From the human T2T-CHM13v2.0 reference genome, Homo sapiens: DNA of 64,000 nucleotides. The notes beneath the pieces were generated by a model. That model was not told the origin of the DNA. It did no database searches and saw only the letters and a program-made list of their open reading frames with translations. The stretch lies in the NCBI RefSeq assembly GCF_009914755.1, contig NC_060947.1. One strand, 5' to 3'. This document shows, piece by piece, positions 17,238 to 30,340 of the stretch (positions within the stretch are counted from its first letter, which is position 1; each line of letters opens with the position of its first letter). Made by a program: the position numbers and the translations under genes.

Positions 17238-17675
17238 GAAACCACTTTTACAAAAATTTAATCAGTGAGAAAATTATGACAGTGAAAGAGATCCAAGCTA
17301 ACTCACCCCACCATCTTGCCTTTCCCTTAAATATTCCAGAGTTTTTGGACCAAGCTAACTTTGGAACACATTTAGGCTATAGTTTAAATGATAATAGACC
17401 TTGCGTAAGACTCAATCACTTTTGTAAAGCTAATGGGAAACCATCAGGCTGCGAAGATGCGAGAAGCCTGAGTCTTCCAAAGGTGCAGACATCCAGCCAT
17501 TGTTCTGGAGGTTATAAGATATGCACCTTCCCCAATTACTCCTGCAAATAACACCACTAGTGTAGATTGCCTTTTTGAGAGATATCTTTCCAGTTTTTTT
17601 CATGTGTGACACCTATGGCTCCACCTGGATCTGCCAACCCTGCTCTCTTATGGCCTCACCCAGAAGCAATTCAGC
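17238..17675 (+). mobile_element. ERV1 LTR8A/B-like, 3'-truncated
   Basis: GAAACCACTTTTACAAAAAT...GAGAAAATTATGACAGTGAAAGAGATC; homologous to 3555-4241 in opposite orientation. Confidence 0.8.
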
Positions 17676-17719
17676 CTGTAGGAGCAATATTTGAGAGATA
17701 TTATAGCAGAGCAAGGGAG

Positions 17720-17915
17720 GGACTGTACTATGGAAACTGTCTTGGATTAAAGTCCACCTCCTCCATTTACCAGCTATGCCTTTTTGACTTAAGTACTCTG
17801 TATCTGTAGTTAATAATTTCTCACTGGTGAAATAAAAATAATGCATTCATTCAGTTTTGTTATACAGATGAATCATGCACATAGTGTTCTATTCAAGACT
17901 ATCATTATTTACTAT
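17720..17915 (+). mobile_element. MIR fragment
   Basis: CTCCTCCATTTACCAGCTATG...TTTCTCACTGGTGAAAT core-like motif. Confidence 0.5.
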
Positions 17916-18187
17916 TATTGTTATTTTGATTACCATTGTCAGATAAGATTACTGCCTCCTTTGTGAAGGACTTCCTTTTCTTAGCCTTTCTGCACTTACC
18001 CCTGGTGATCTGTTAGTGCTACATGCATTCAAATGTCATAATACTCCAGTGACTCCCCAATGATAACTTCAGCATTGACCTCTCACCTGAAAGCCAGGGT
18101 CAAATATCCATGGGCCAACTTAACAACTAGATAAGAAACTAGAGACACAGCTGCACACAGCTGGTAAGCAGAATTGGTTGACAGGGC

Positions 18188-18551
18188 TGATAGGGTTTAG
18201 CTGTTTCCCCAACCAAATCTCATCTTGAATTGTAGCTCCCATATTCCACATGTGTCATGGGAGGGACCTGGTGAGAGGTAATTGAATCATGGGGGCGGGG
18301 TTTTCCTGTGCCTTCCTAGTGATAATGAATAAGTCTCATGAGATCTGATAGTTTTATAAAGGGCAGTTCCCCTGCACACTCTCTCTTGCCTGCCACCATG
18401 TAAGACATGCCTTTGCTCCTCCTTTGCCTTTGGCCATAATTGTGAGGCCTCCCCAGCCGTGAGAACTGTGAGTCTATTAAACCTCTTTTTCTTTATAAAT
18501 TACCCAGTCTTGGGTATGACTTTATTAGCAGCATGAGAATGGACTAATACA
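18188..18551 (+). mobile_element. THE1 (C-like) solo LTR
   Basis: TGATAGGGTTTAGCTG...GGACTAATACA; perfect TSD AGGGC. Confidence 0.93.
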
Positions 18552-18699
18552 AGGGCAGATTGAAGGATTTGAAGATTGGGGTACATGAAGAGGACAGAAA
18601 GATATGGAGGTCTGAGTAATTTGGGTTTGTGCAGGACTTATTAAGGAATCAGAATTTCATCTGGGTGGGACTATAGTCATTGGAGGGGTGAAAATGAAG

Positions 18700-18960
18700 G
18701 ATGTGGGGGTGATTTCCTGACAGCAAGCAGACTGCTTAGGAGTTCTTTTTGATACTCCAGTGAAACATGGCATTGCTTTGGCTGTGTCAAGGGCAGTGGT
18801 AGTCATGGAGTGGTGAGAGAGGAGTATTTTGGTGGTAGACCTAATAGGAATGGCTGAAGGATTGACCACGGAGTATGAGGAGTTTGTTTTGATTTGGGGT
18901 AACTGAGTGAAAAATTGGACCCCTTCATGTGATAGTGAAGCTTAGGAACATCTAGCATAA
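18700..18960 (-). mobile_element. L2 LINE fragment
   Basis: GGTAGACCTAATAGGAATGGCTGAAGGATTG...TTTGGGGTAACTGAGTG, typical antisense L2. Confidence 0.5.
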
Positions 18961-20199
18961 ACTTTGACATATTCTGTTGTAGATCAGTCTATCTGGCATC
19001 CAAGAGTTGGTTAACTCAGAGCCTTACACAAAGTGAATAACTGCTTAAAAAAATAAAGAAATTGAAAGATGTAGGGGAAAGTGAGGAAGGGAAAGAGTGA
19101 GAATGTAATAATGGTTAAATTAGGTCATTCATGCAGTTTCCTCTTCTCCCATAGGCTTTTTCACCCAGAATCCTCATCTTTTGAGGTAAAATCCTATGGG
19201 AAGGTTTTTCTTGACTTATTTCGGTAGGAATAAATGTTCAGCCCCAGAAAATAATGGGAGAATTGCATTCTTCCTACTTTGATTTTGTCTGTGTCTTGCT
19301 CCCGTACAGATCTGGTTTACAACCTGGGCTTTGGGCTCTGGGCCAATCCCTAATTACATTTTAGATGGAGTTATTTTTTTTTCTTTTATGATTTTTATTG
19401 TTATGGATTTCAGAAAGGACGGCAAGGTAAATATGAGTTTGCTCCCCTATCTTTCTCTATAAGCCTTAGACTTTTAAATACTTAGATGTTCCAGCCTTAA
19501 AGGGAAATTTATAGCCTTTTTGGAATGCGAGTTATCTTCAGTTCCCGTTTCCTTGACTCAGGTAGGTATGAATAAGAAAGCACATTTCAAGTTAAATTCT
19601 AAAGCTCACTTGTTACCATACACATAATAGCATAAAATTAAAATGTTCCCTACCTCTTCTATTTTGAAATATCATGGTTTAATGAATTATTCTCTACTTC
19701 AAGTATTTTACTATCACATTTAGTACCTCTCCCGCTGGCCATCCTTGCTCCGAGCAGACATGTTTTGTTACTGGCCTTCACAGAAACATTTTCCCATTTG
19801 TAACATCAGTGGTTTTACTGTGAAACATTACCAAATCAAACTTTACTGCTCTGTGATTAAAATGACCTTAAGAATAATCACAGCATAAAGTATCCAACTC
19901 AACTCAAACTGAAACTTGACCATCCTTGAAATTTCATGCCCGTGGCCTACAACTGAAATTATTCTTCTGATCTTTTTAACAACTCACTCCCTTTTACCTT
20001 CAAGATTATGAGGATAAAGTTTAGATGAATAATTAAAATAATATACAGCATTTCTCAAGGAATTCATGTATAATACTCAAAGCACATCATTCTGAGTTAC
20101 ACCTGAGATGAAATACACCTTTTTGGAGAACAGAATTCATAAAGAAAAACATAGCCAGGATCTAACTCAGAATAAAATTTGTGTGAAGGTATTGTAACT

Positions 20200-20320
20200 T
20201 ATTAAGAACCTACTATGTACAAGTCACTGTGCTAAACATTAGAGAAATCATCTTTAACCTTCTCAGTACTCATGAAGGTTGGGTAATATCTCCCTCTATT
20301 TCTTAGGATATTAGCCACAT
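20200..20320 (-). mobile_element. MIR fragment
   Basis: TTATTAAGAACCTACTATGTACAAGTCACTGTGCTAAACA. Confidence 0.55.
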
Positions 20321-20874
20321 GGATCTTACATGTTTTGTTTAAAGAGGTAAATGAAGGATTTGTTCAATCAGCAAATTCTCTACTTGCAAACTACGTTAAA
20401 TCACCTTTTTAAAATAAAAGTGTATGACACCCAATGAGAGATAGTAACTGCAGTGACTTTGTTTTATTAATATAAAGACATTGAAGTATGCTACTCAGGG
20501 AGATGTCTAACCACGACTGATGAGAGGTGACTTCCATAGAATTAGATAATGAACAAGAGACACAAAGTAGTTTGGTGTATCTAAATAAATATGGTTGGTC
20601 ATTGTTCTTACACATTAGTATTATTATAAATAATTATAAGCCCCCTACATAGAAATATGTTTCAAAATCTTTGATAGCTCAGTTAAATTTTGTCACCAAC
20701 TATTGCTAAGATGATGGTCATCATAGATGAAAATGCCAAACTCTATCTGGTGCTCACTAATTTCACCTTTCTGATCATCATTATTCTGTATGTTGGACCA
20801 GCCATAATACACAAGGCTTATTTTGTAAAGAAGTACATGAGTAAATACATGACCTCATGAATAACAAATATTGC

Positions 20875-21613
20875 TGAGATGGGAGAGTTCCCTGCACCCC
20901 TTCATGGGACTTGCAACAGGGGTGTGGCTCGCTTACTCGGCTGCCGTGCTCAAACCCCTTGCTGGAGGAGGAGCATGCAGGCAAGCTGGTGCCTGGGCTG
21001 GGGACAGTGTTTCTGGGCCCTGACCACATGGCAGCATGTAGGGGTGTGTTACAATTAATGCTCTTTCAGCAGATACCATCCACAGATGGCTAAGTGTTAA
21101 TCAGCTCAGTGGAAGGTCAGGGAGACAGCCTTTTACACCCTGCCCTCTTGGCACCTGGGTCCTTTTCCAGCATTCAGGAAGAATCAGGTCACATGGACTT
21201 GAAGGATGGTGAATTCGGAAATTTTATTGGGTAATAGAGGTGGCTCTCAGTGGGATGGGGAGCCGGAAAGGGGATGGAGTGGGAAGAGAATCTTCCCCTG
21301 GAGTTCAGCCATCTCAGGCAGAACTCCTCTCCAATGGTCCTGAGCCAAACTCCTCTCAACATTCAGATGCTTCTTCTTTTCCCTCCTTCCCTGCCACATC
21401 ACTCTGTTCCTCTGCCAGTGGAGCTTGGTGTTTTTATGGGTACAGGATGGGGGGTGTGGTGGGCCAGGGTGGTTTTGGAAAAAGCAACATTCAGGCAGGA
21501 AAACAGGGATGCGAAGTTCTCATTTAGGGCTGTGGGCCCAGGCTTGTGGGTGGGGCCTTTATTGGGGAACCGCCCTCTTCTACCCAGTATTTCCCTGCCT
21601 CCTGTCCATATCA
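20875..21613 (-). mobile_element. ERV1 solo LTR, LTR1 family (HUERS-P2)
   Basis: Minus strand starts TGATATGGACAGGAGGCAGGGAAATACTGGGTAGAAGAGGGCGGTTCCCC; perfect TSD TTGC. Confidence 0.88.
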
Positions 21614-22172
21614 TTGCCACTTATTGAAATTTGGCCATTTTCAACAAGGGTATGAGCATATGTGCTTGGCAGGCACTATAAAGTTTGAATAAACAACCTG
21701 TGTTGCTGAGGTAGAGTGATGTATTAGTTGACTATACTTTTTAGTCTAGGAAAGTCATAATGAGGCTTTTAACAAAGTGTATGGTTGGGGATAGGGAGAA
21801 AATGAGAAAATGGGACACATGATAATGACAGAGGTTTGGCAGATTTACCAAATCATTGGGTGCACAAGATTCGGCAGATAGCAGGAGCAACAATGACTCT
21901 AGTGGTTTTTCACTGGGTGAAGAAATAAAGTAAAGGAGCTTATTTGAAGGGATGCAGATTGCTACAAATCTGTGTATGGTGATTTTGAGATGCAAGCCTA
22001 TGAGCTAGTCCAGTAGGCAGAGGGGTAATGTGGTTTGGAATAAAGGGAGCTGAAATCCATGCAGCTCCTAGATGTTTAGACACCATTGGTATAAGGTGGT
22101 TTGGGAAACCAGGGTCTTTGAGGTCAGCACCAGGGGAATATAGAGAAGAAGCAGAGAGAGGGTAGAAGAGAT

Positions 22173-22904
22173 TGAAACCGCCTTTGCAAAAATTATAGCT
22201 GAGGAAATTATGGCTATGACAGAGATCAGACCTAACTGACTCCATCTTGCTTCTAACGTTTAACTTGTCCTTGTTCATTCCTTGGCATAGGCCAAACTAA
22301 CCTTGGGGAGGAATTGAGCTTATGGTTTGACTCTGAAACAAAACTGATAATAGCCCTTTCATGAAAAGACCCCCTTCTTGCCTGGGGACCAGTCTGCCTT
22401 TGTATGACTAACAAATTAGCTACAAATTAGAAATTATGGTTGGGAGCCATGTGGCCTCTGGATGCAAGAGTCTGAACCTCCCCAAATCACTCCTGCGGAT
22501 AATATCACTGTCGTAAAACCTAAGATCAGTGCTTGAGATATTTTGTAGACCCTGCACTCAAAGGATCAGCTGACACTACCCAGACCATTAATCTGGCTCA
22601 ACCAGTTCTGTGATCCCACCCTGGAACAGAAGACAGCAAGAAAAGCTCACTTTGATGCCCTATGATTCTCTCTCCAACCTGACCAATCAGCACTTCCCCC
22701 ACTTCCCAAGCCCCTACCCACCAAGTTATCCTTAAAAACTCTGATCCCCGAATGCTCTGGGAGACTGATTTGAGTAATAATGAAACTCCCATCTCCCACA
22801 CAGCCAGCTGTGTGTGAATTACTCTTTCTCCATTGCAATTGTTCTGTCTCAATAAATCAGCTCTGTCTAGGCAGCAGGCAAGGTGAACCTGTTGGGTGGT
22901 TACA
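22173..22904 (+). mobile_element. ERV1 solo LTR8 (HUERS-P1), within an L2-like remnant
   Basis: TGAAACCGCCTTTGCAAAAATTAT...AATAAATCAGCTCTGTCTAGGCAGC...GGTTACA; perfect TSD AGAT. Confidence 0.9.
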
Positions 22905-23810
22905 AGATGGCCAATAGTGTCGGTGTGGGTCAAAAACAAGGAGCAATGGAAGATGGCACAGAGTAAGAAAAATGGAAATAATTAGAAGACCATAAGATGA
23001 TGATGCTTCAATATGAAAGAAATGAGAAAATACCAGCAGAAGGCACATCCTCCACTGGGAATAATGTTCTCTGCCTATGCTGACTTAAAATGTAAACTCG
23101 GAAAGAGAAAAGATTCTTTTTAATTGCTCATTGTATTATTCTGCATTAATGGAATGCTCTCAGAAAGTGCTGAATAAATATCCGTTAAATGAATGTGAAG
23201 TCAAATGAGACAAGTTTTTCAGAGTATATTGGACTTCACCAGTATGAAAATATTCTACAATAATCTCTTAAGCATCTACTAATTTCTGGACAATAGTACA
23301 TTATGATATATATTGGTATATTCAAAGATGGACAAGACCCCACCTTTGAAATTTGACAAAGTAATACAACGTGAGAAAAGAAAACACAAAGCATGAATTG
23401 TAGTTTTTCAAATAAAATAATTGTCTTTATGCACTGGGAAACACAGAGTTGGGATGGTCCATCATCATATCTGTATTATAAACAATGCTAGTGAAAAGCT
23501 TTTTAAAAATTAAATATAGAGCTAAGATAACTAGCAAGAAAATGATCCCAGAGCAATGTAAATAAAATTCTAATATTTCCCTGATGTGGAGCGTTCTGAA
23601 GAATGGATGATTGGTTTGAATAGCTTGTTTCACTGAAATCTCCATCTTATATTCTTTCAGTATCAAATAATGATTTTTCAGGAGTTTCTCTATATGTCGG
23701 CATAATATTGCACTTATACTTGGGTGATTGCAGTAGGAATCACACTCTTCAATTTTCCATAACCACCTTGAGATTCACTAACTCCTCTTATTTCTTTTTG
23801 TTGAAACTAC

Positions 23811-24556
23811 CGTAGCAGCTTTGCCAATGTGCCGCAATGTTTCAGTTTTCTTGTTTGAAGTAGGACCCAGAGTTCTTTGCCTCAAGATCAATAAAATTAA
23901 GGAACATGGACACAAGGGTGAGGTTGGAGTGAAAGTTGAATGAGCAAAAGGAGAAAGCTATCTGCAATGGAGAGGGGGCACAAAAGAGGGTTGCTGTTCC
24001 ACAGTCAAATACAAGGGCTTTTATAAACAGTCTCATGGGATGAGTAAGGTGCAAATAACAAGTTAGGACTAGGGGTTTCATTAGCATAAGGTGCAAATTC
24101 CTGACAGCTCCTTACTGTCCTTCTAATGTGCATGCGGACTCTTAGCCTACGTTACTCCATGTTGTTTAATTTCCCTTACTGCATGTGTGTAAGTGGGTGG
24201 AATTCTCCATTGTGGACATGTTGGGTTCTGTGTTACTCCTCTTAGGCATGTTTCAAGCAAGCCCCAGCCCACTCCCCCACCCCTCCCACAATCCACATTC
24301 CACATTTCCACCCTTCCCTGTGCAAATTCCCTTATATAACTATGTCCAAAAAAGGAAAGCAATGTGCTCACTGAAGCCTACTGTGTATACATGACCCTTG
24401 CTAGTTACACAGAAGGCATCTTTATGGTGGACTTTGTCTCCTTATCTAAGCTTGCAGCCTGATCCTTTGGGCTGATCCTTTGTTAGAAAAAAAGGAATTC
24501 TACCAAGGACCTGTCCTAGCTATCTGCCTAACTGGTTCCTTTCTCTTTTTTCCTCA
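23811..24556 (-). mobile_element. ERV1 solo LTR, LTR9/MER61-like (HUERS-P3)
   Basis: Minus strand starts TGAGG...AGAAAGGAACCAGTTAGGCAGATAGCTAGG; TSD CTAC/CTAT. Confidence 0.7.
24244..24264. promoter_or_regulatory. p53 consensus-like response element (1-bp spacer)
   Basis: AGGCATGTTT-C-AAGCAAGCCC; both halves fit RRRCWWGYYY; motif match only. Confidence 0.4.
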
Positions 24557-26427
24557 CTATAATCCTAAATGTGACTTTGCTTTAATTAATGTTTCACATG
24601 CTAAAAATGCTGCCAGTAATCCCCCATCTCTCAAGATGTAAAGTCTCAGGGCTGGCATTTATGAAGACACAAATAAACGAACAGCTGCTTACAGTGAAAT
24701 GAAAGTCCTGGGTGACATAAATTGTAATAATAGGCTTATCATTTGTTCCATTCTTAAACTAGCATATTCAGACTTTGTTGAAAATGTGGTAGAAAGAAAC
24801 TTGAATTCCAAATTGATTCAAGAATAGTTATTGTTACTCAAAGACCCTTGGAAGTGTTTTTGTGTGTTTTAATTACTTGCAGATTTTTGGGGGGTGAAGG
24901 CAGATAAAATAATTTTGGAGATGGTTAAAAAATCAAAATATTTTCAAGCTACAAAGCGTGGTACATTCAGGTAGTACATGTACAGGAATTTTGTCCTTTT
25001 AAGCACAAAATAAGGGAGGCTTATTAAAGAATTTTTCAGTGGAGTGGGGCAGGAGGGAGGCCGAGGAACATACACATACTTAAACAAGTTTGATCACCAA
25101 GACAGAGATAATTAGCTCATCTGTGGGGGAAACTGAAAGCAGGAATTATCACTTCCACCAAAGGCTTTGTGCTTATTTTTCCTTACATTTTCAGGAAACC
25201 TTGAGGACATATTTGACAGCTCTTCTTCCTTACCTACAGAGGTTCTCATCTCTGAGAATAAGGCTGTTTAAACTTTAAAGATTCTCAGCAGGTTGCAACT
25301 GTTTCCTGCTCAGCGACTTTATAGTTTATGAAAAGAAGAAATGTGAAAAAGGCTTTTGTTCACCGAGTCAAGTATATTGAGTTAAGAGGTAATGATTCCA
25401 TTTTGTTTCCTGAACTCAATGCCCCGGGCTCCATAATCCTTTAAACCAACTCTAAGGGTCTTCTCAACTTCAAACATTCTTCCTTTCTTCAGCTTCTTTC
25501 TTCTTGGAGATTTAAAAGTTTGGTTCTTGTTTCTTCTCCTTTAATTATTCTCATGATTTGTTAATTCTTTTAGATGTTAATCTTTTATATTTTCTGTACC
25601 TCTGTCATCCCATCTATGATAATTTCTTGTCATTTGATGTTTTAATTATGTTGGTCTAGCCTACCAATTTATTATTATCATAAAAATAACCTAACTGAAA
25701 TTTTCCAATTGCTTTCTAAATTGAGAATACTTATGCTGCATTTAGTTGTTGTTTTAATGTTCATGTGAATGAAAGAATATATCTTTCTTGCTTGTTAGTA
25801 ATAGAGAAGGTGGAAATGGGAAAAAGATGGTACCCAGGAACATGTTTGCAAATATGTATCACCTAAACTGTGATAAACTGTGGCATCAGACTCTCACATA
25901 GCAGGAATATTCAAACACTACACATTCCAAGCTGTAGAAATTTTATGACATGAAACCAAAACAAACAAATAAACAACTAATTGTTGGTTAAACAATAATA
26001 AGCATAATAATTTAAAAAATACAGTATACCATACCAATCATTAAGTGTTGTTATTTTGTATAAACTTTTAAAAAAAGAATTAAAACCTTTACAAAGCTAT
26101 TCAAAGTAAATAAACTACAAATTTCAATTTATTTAGATGTTAGAAACAGAGATATATGCCTCAATTCTGGCCTTTTGCAATGAGTATATTCTGTAACACA
26201 GGTATAAAATATTTGTTGTTTTCTATTTAACTTATCGGGGAGAGTTGATAGTCTTGTCTATGTTTCTGCACATTATCTAGTTACTTTCAAAATAAACTAT
26301 TACCCAAATATCTTGTCACCAGATTCTTGATGATGGCATTTGATTCTTCTCTGTGACTGTCTTTCTCCTAAGTAGATTCACCCAGTGCCAAAAACAACTG
26401 TGCTGTTCATTTTGCAAAGCTAGAAAT

Positions 26428-26429
<2 letters not shown>

Positions 26430-26461
<32 letters not shown>

Positions 26462-26472
26462 AGAGAGAGAGA
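26430..26472. repeat. (TG)n(GA)n microsatellite
   Basis: Direct reading. Confidence 0.95.
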
Positions 26473-27428
26473 AAAAATAAGTAGTTAAAAATCCATGAGA
26501 ACATTTACTGTAGAGAACATTTGTGGAAAATTTCTTTCTCTTTGTTGAGTCAAATGAGCTCAGATATTCAAAATGTGTGGTTTAATTACTGAATCTTCTA
26601 GTGCAGAAGTAAATCTTAAAGTACTTATATTTTTTTATATAAAATTGAAACGAATTGAATACATATTTGAAGACCTATAAAATTGGACAAAATCATGTTA
26701 ACTTCTGTTGGATACAATGAACTGAATTGATCAGGAAATCTTCCCTTTCATTTCAAACACAAACAAGTACTAGAAATATGTAATAATGCATTCAGGTCAT
26801 CAACTCAATATCAAGACAGGAAAATCTATAGTTATTAGGAACTCAGTATACTCTAAGTCAAAGTTTTAAGAGTGAGCTGAAGGCAAGAGAGAATGGGGGA
26901 AATGGGACTCTAGATAGGCATTAACAGGTGGAAGTTGCAACTTTCCCACCACATAGGGAAGGAATTCGGGCAACAATCCCCCATGAGCAAACAGATTTGC
27001 TCTTATTCCTTTTTATTTTAATCACTGTAATTTTGCATCCAACCTAGAATTGTGAGCAGCTTCTCTATAATTGTAGGAGGAAGAAAAAAACTTCTTTTTG
27101 AAGGTATCCAACGTCTACCCAGATGGCGGGGATCTGAGAGACCCATAGAGTTCAACTCAGTATCTCACCTTAATATAATGTTCAAGGTGTTTATGATTCA
27201 CCAGTGGCAGTTAAGACAAACATTATCTAAGAGTCTGAAGATCCCAGCAAAGCCATGGGTATTTACCTTGTAGCAAAATGACAAAATCTGAGCATGAGGT
27301 TCTGTCATAGAACAGGGTCTAGTGAACATCTCAAGCTCTATTTTGAAATTCTGACAGACTGTGCTATGGGAGCAGAAGTGAACCAGAAGGAGATAAATAT
27401 ATGAGTCTTGTCAATGAATGAAACCAGG

Positions 27429-27755
<327 letters not shown>

Positions 27756-28230
27756 TGACAATTAGATCAAGGAAATAAATAGAATCTTTTTGGAGAAAGA
27801 TAATAGCATCTTAAGTGAAATTTTATCTCTCAAAATTATTTTAAGCAGTATCAGCATTTAATCAGGAATTACCTGCTGTAAGAGGAAATAATAACACATG
27901 GCTGAAATGAAGGTAGACTCAGAAAGATAATAGATGGAAATAGTAGCATACTTAAATTGCGATAGAAGTTCTAGATATCTGTGATTAAAATGTTTAAGAA
28001 ATTCTGTGGTAAGGATTATCAGCAGGGCACTAGAAAGAGGAAAATATGGGGTAGAAATTCTTGAATTGAAAACTAAAACAATGAAATTGACAAAAGATTA
28101 ATTACAGAAGAGAGAATTAATTAAGGAAAAGAAGCATACAGAGACAAAAAGATAATAAAGTAGAGGGGAGAAGTAAGATCTATTTGAAACGTAGAGAAGT
28201 TATGTAAGATACATATAGCTGGAGTCCTAG

Positions 28231-28269
<39 letters not shown>

Positions 28270-28798
28270 GAGAACCCAAGTTTGAAAAGATAATCTCTGA
28301 AAATATTTTAACACTATTAACTGAAGTCACGGACAAATCCAAGATACAAACACCAGTAAAGTTAAATATAAAGAAATATACAATAAGCACATCACAATAG
28401 TAAACAGGTTATTAAAAAAGCAAAATAGAACAAACAGAAAAGAAAGTCTAAAAAATGCTGGAGAAAAATATGGCATTGCATGCAAAACAAATATAATAAG
28501 ACTTCCACTAATTTCTGAGTAAGACAGTAAACTTTTGAGTCGAGATAGACAAAAAATGAAAAATTATGATTGCCTAATTTATGACAAACATTGGATTATA
28601 GATAATTTTTAAAAAGCCAGTTGTTTTAGTAAATGATAGAGGAAAATTCGGTACAGAAAAAAACCAAAATTATGTTATACTTTATCCCCACTCCCCCAAA
28701 ATCTGCTTGAATTTTAGGTGTACACATGAAAATGAAAATGATATTTAGATGGTAATATTGGATGGTATTTTATTCAACAAAGATTAAGCAAATTTTTT

Positions 28799-28871
28799 GA
28801 TTGTGGGTGAAAGCAAGTTTATTGAGAAAGTAAAAGAACAGAAGAATGGCTACTCCATAGGCAGAACAGCC
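28799..28871 (-). mobile_element. MER41-type LTR R-region fragment with A-rich tail and long TSD
   Basis: Minus strand GGCTGTTCTGCCTATGGAGTAGCCATTCTT...AATAAACTTGCTTTCAC, flanked by TTAAGCAAA..TTTT repeats. Confidence 0.7.
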
Positions 28872-29374
28872 AGGTTTAAGCAAAAATTTATTAAAATAAC
28901 ACGAAAAAGCTTTGCAAAGAAAAGACAGGGGTGATAAATTTAACCACTTTAATATTTGGAAAGTTTGATTTTCAATCAATACCATTGAAACAGTACAAAC
29001 ACAAGGTACTGAAAGTAGATTATGTCTGCAATTGAACTTAATATTACATCTACTTAAAAAATGTGACCATATCCAGCATTCACGATGACATACTATTTTA
29101 AATCAAGTATATAATACTTAATAAAAACAGCAAAAAAAGAAAAAGAAAACAACACCACCCAAGGACTTCCCTAGGTGGAATATCAAAACATTATCACTAG
29201 ACATCTGTGTAATCTGTATTAAAATTATACTAAGCCCTCACCTACCAAAGTATCTGAAATTTAAAAGACTGACAATCTAATTAAACCTCTGACATGCTGA
29301 TGACTTACATTCGAATTGGAATAGTGACCTTAGAAAAAAATTTTGTCTGCATTAACAAAAATTGAACATATAAC

Positions 29375-29627
29375 TTCCGGAGGCCTAAGTGGGAGGATTG
29401 CTTGAGCTCAGGTGTTCGAGACCAGCCTGGGCAAAATAGCAAAACCCCATTTCTACAAAAAATACAAAAATTAGCTGCATATGGTGGCACATGCCTGGAG
29501 TACCACCTACTCAGTAGGCTGAGGTGGTAGGATCCATTGAGCCCAGGAGGTCCAGGCTGCAGTGAGCCCTGATCATACTACTGCACTCCAGCCTGGGAGA
29601 CAGAGGTCTCAAAAAAAAAAAAAAAAA
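29375..29627 (+). mobile_element. AluJ, 5'-truncated
   Basis: GGAGGATTGCTTGAG...GGCTGCAGTGAGCC, A17 tail. Confidence 0.9.
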
Positions 29628-29750
29628 GGTGGAACACAGATATATTCCATGACCCAGAAATTCTACTTTTACGTAGCTATAACTCCTATATATATGAAAT
29701 TTTAAGTTATCTATGCTCTCTATATAAATATATACCCCCAAAATATACCT

Positions 29751-29751
<1 letters not shown>

Positions 29752-29791
<40 letters not shown>
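29752..29791. repeat. (CA)n microsatellite
   Basis: Direct reading. Confidence 0.95.
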
Positions 29792-29792
<1 letters not shown>

Positions 29793-30145
29793 TTACTAAA
29801 AAGATTGAATAAACACATTTCTTTTTATAAAAAGGCATAGCATCATAAAATTTACCTTGAGGTAAGCCTCCAACAAAGCCTCAAAGTCCAGAAATATAGT
29901 ATCTTACAGAAAAATTCTCTGACTCCCGTGACATTTAATTAGCATTGGCCAGTACATTAATGATAAAAAACAAATACAAATGTATTTCTTGCTTGAGTTT
30001 TAAAGAGGCAATCAGAGTGGGACTGGAAAAATAACCACAATTAATAACTTTTTGGAGTGTACAATAAATACATATTTAGGTAAGTAGTGATTAAAATTTA
30101 AAAACATAAAAATGTGAAGAGCTGCAAGTAAAGTGTAATTTGAAT

Positions 30146-30340
30146 TCACTGCAGCTTTGACCTCCAGGGCTCAGGTAATCCTCCCCCATCAGCATCCTGA
30201 GTAGCCAACCATGGCTAATTTGTAAAACTATTTTTAATAGAGACAAGGAATCACTACGTTTCCCAAGCTGGTCTCGGACTCCTGGGCTCAAGCAATCCTC
30301 CTGCCTGGACCTGCCAAAGTGTTGGGACTACAGGCATGAT
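30146..30340 (-). mobile_element. AluJ fragment
   Basis: TCACTGCAGC...GGGCTCAAGCAATCCTCCTGCC...CAAAGTGTTGGGACTACAGGCATGA. Confidence 0.85.

Larger units (their letters stand above)
27880..29720 (+). mobile_element. Degraded L1M/HAL1-like fragments
   Basis: GAAATTCTTGAATTGAAAAC, GGAGTCCTAGGAGAGAG (ORF1-like), later TTCCATGACCCAGAAATTCTACTT (3' region). Confidence 0.55.
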
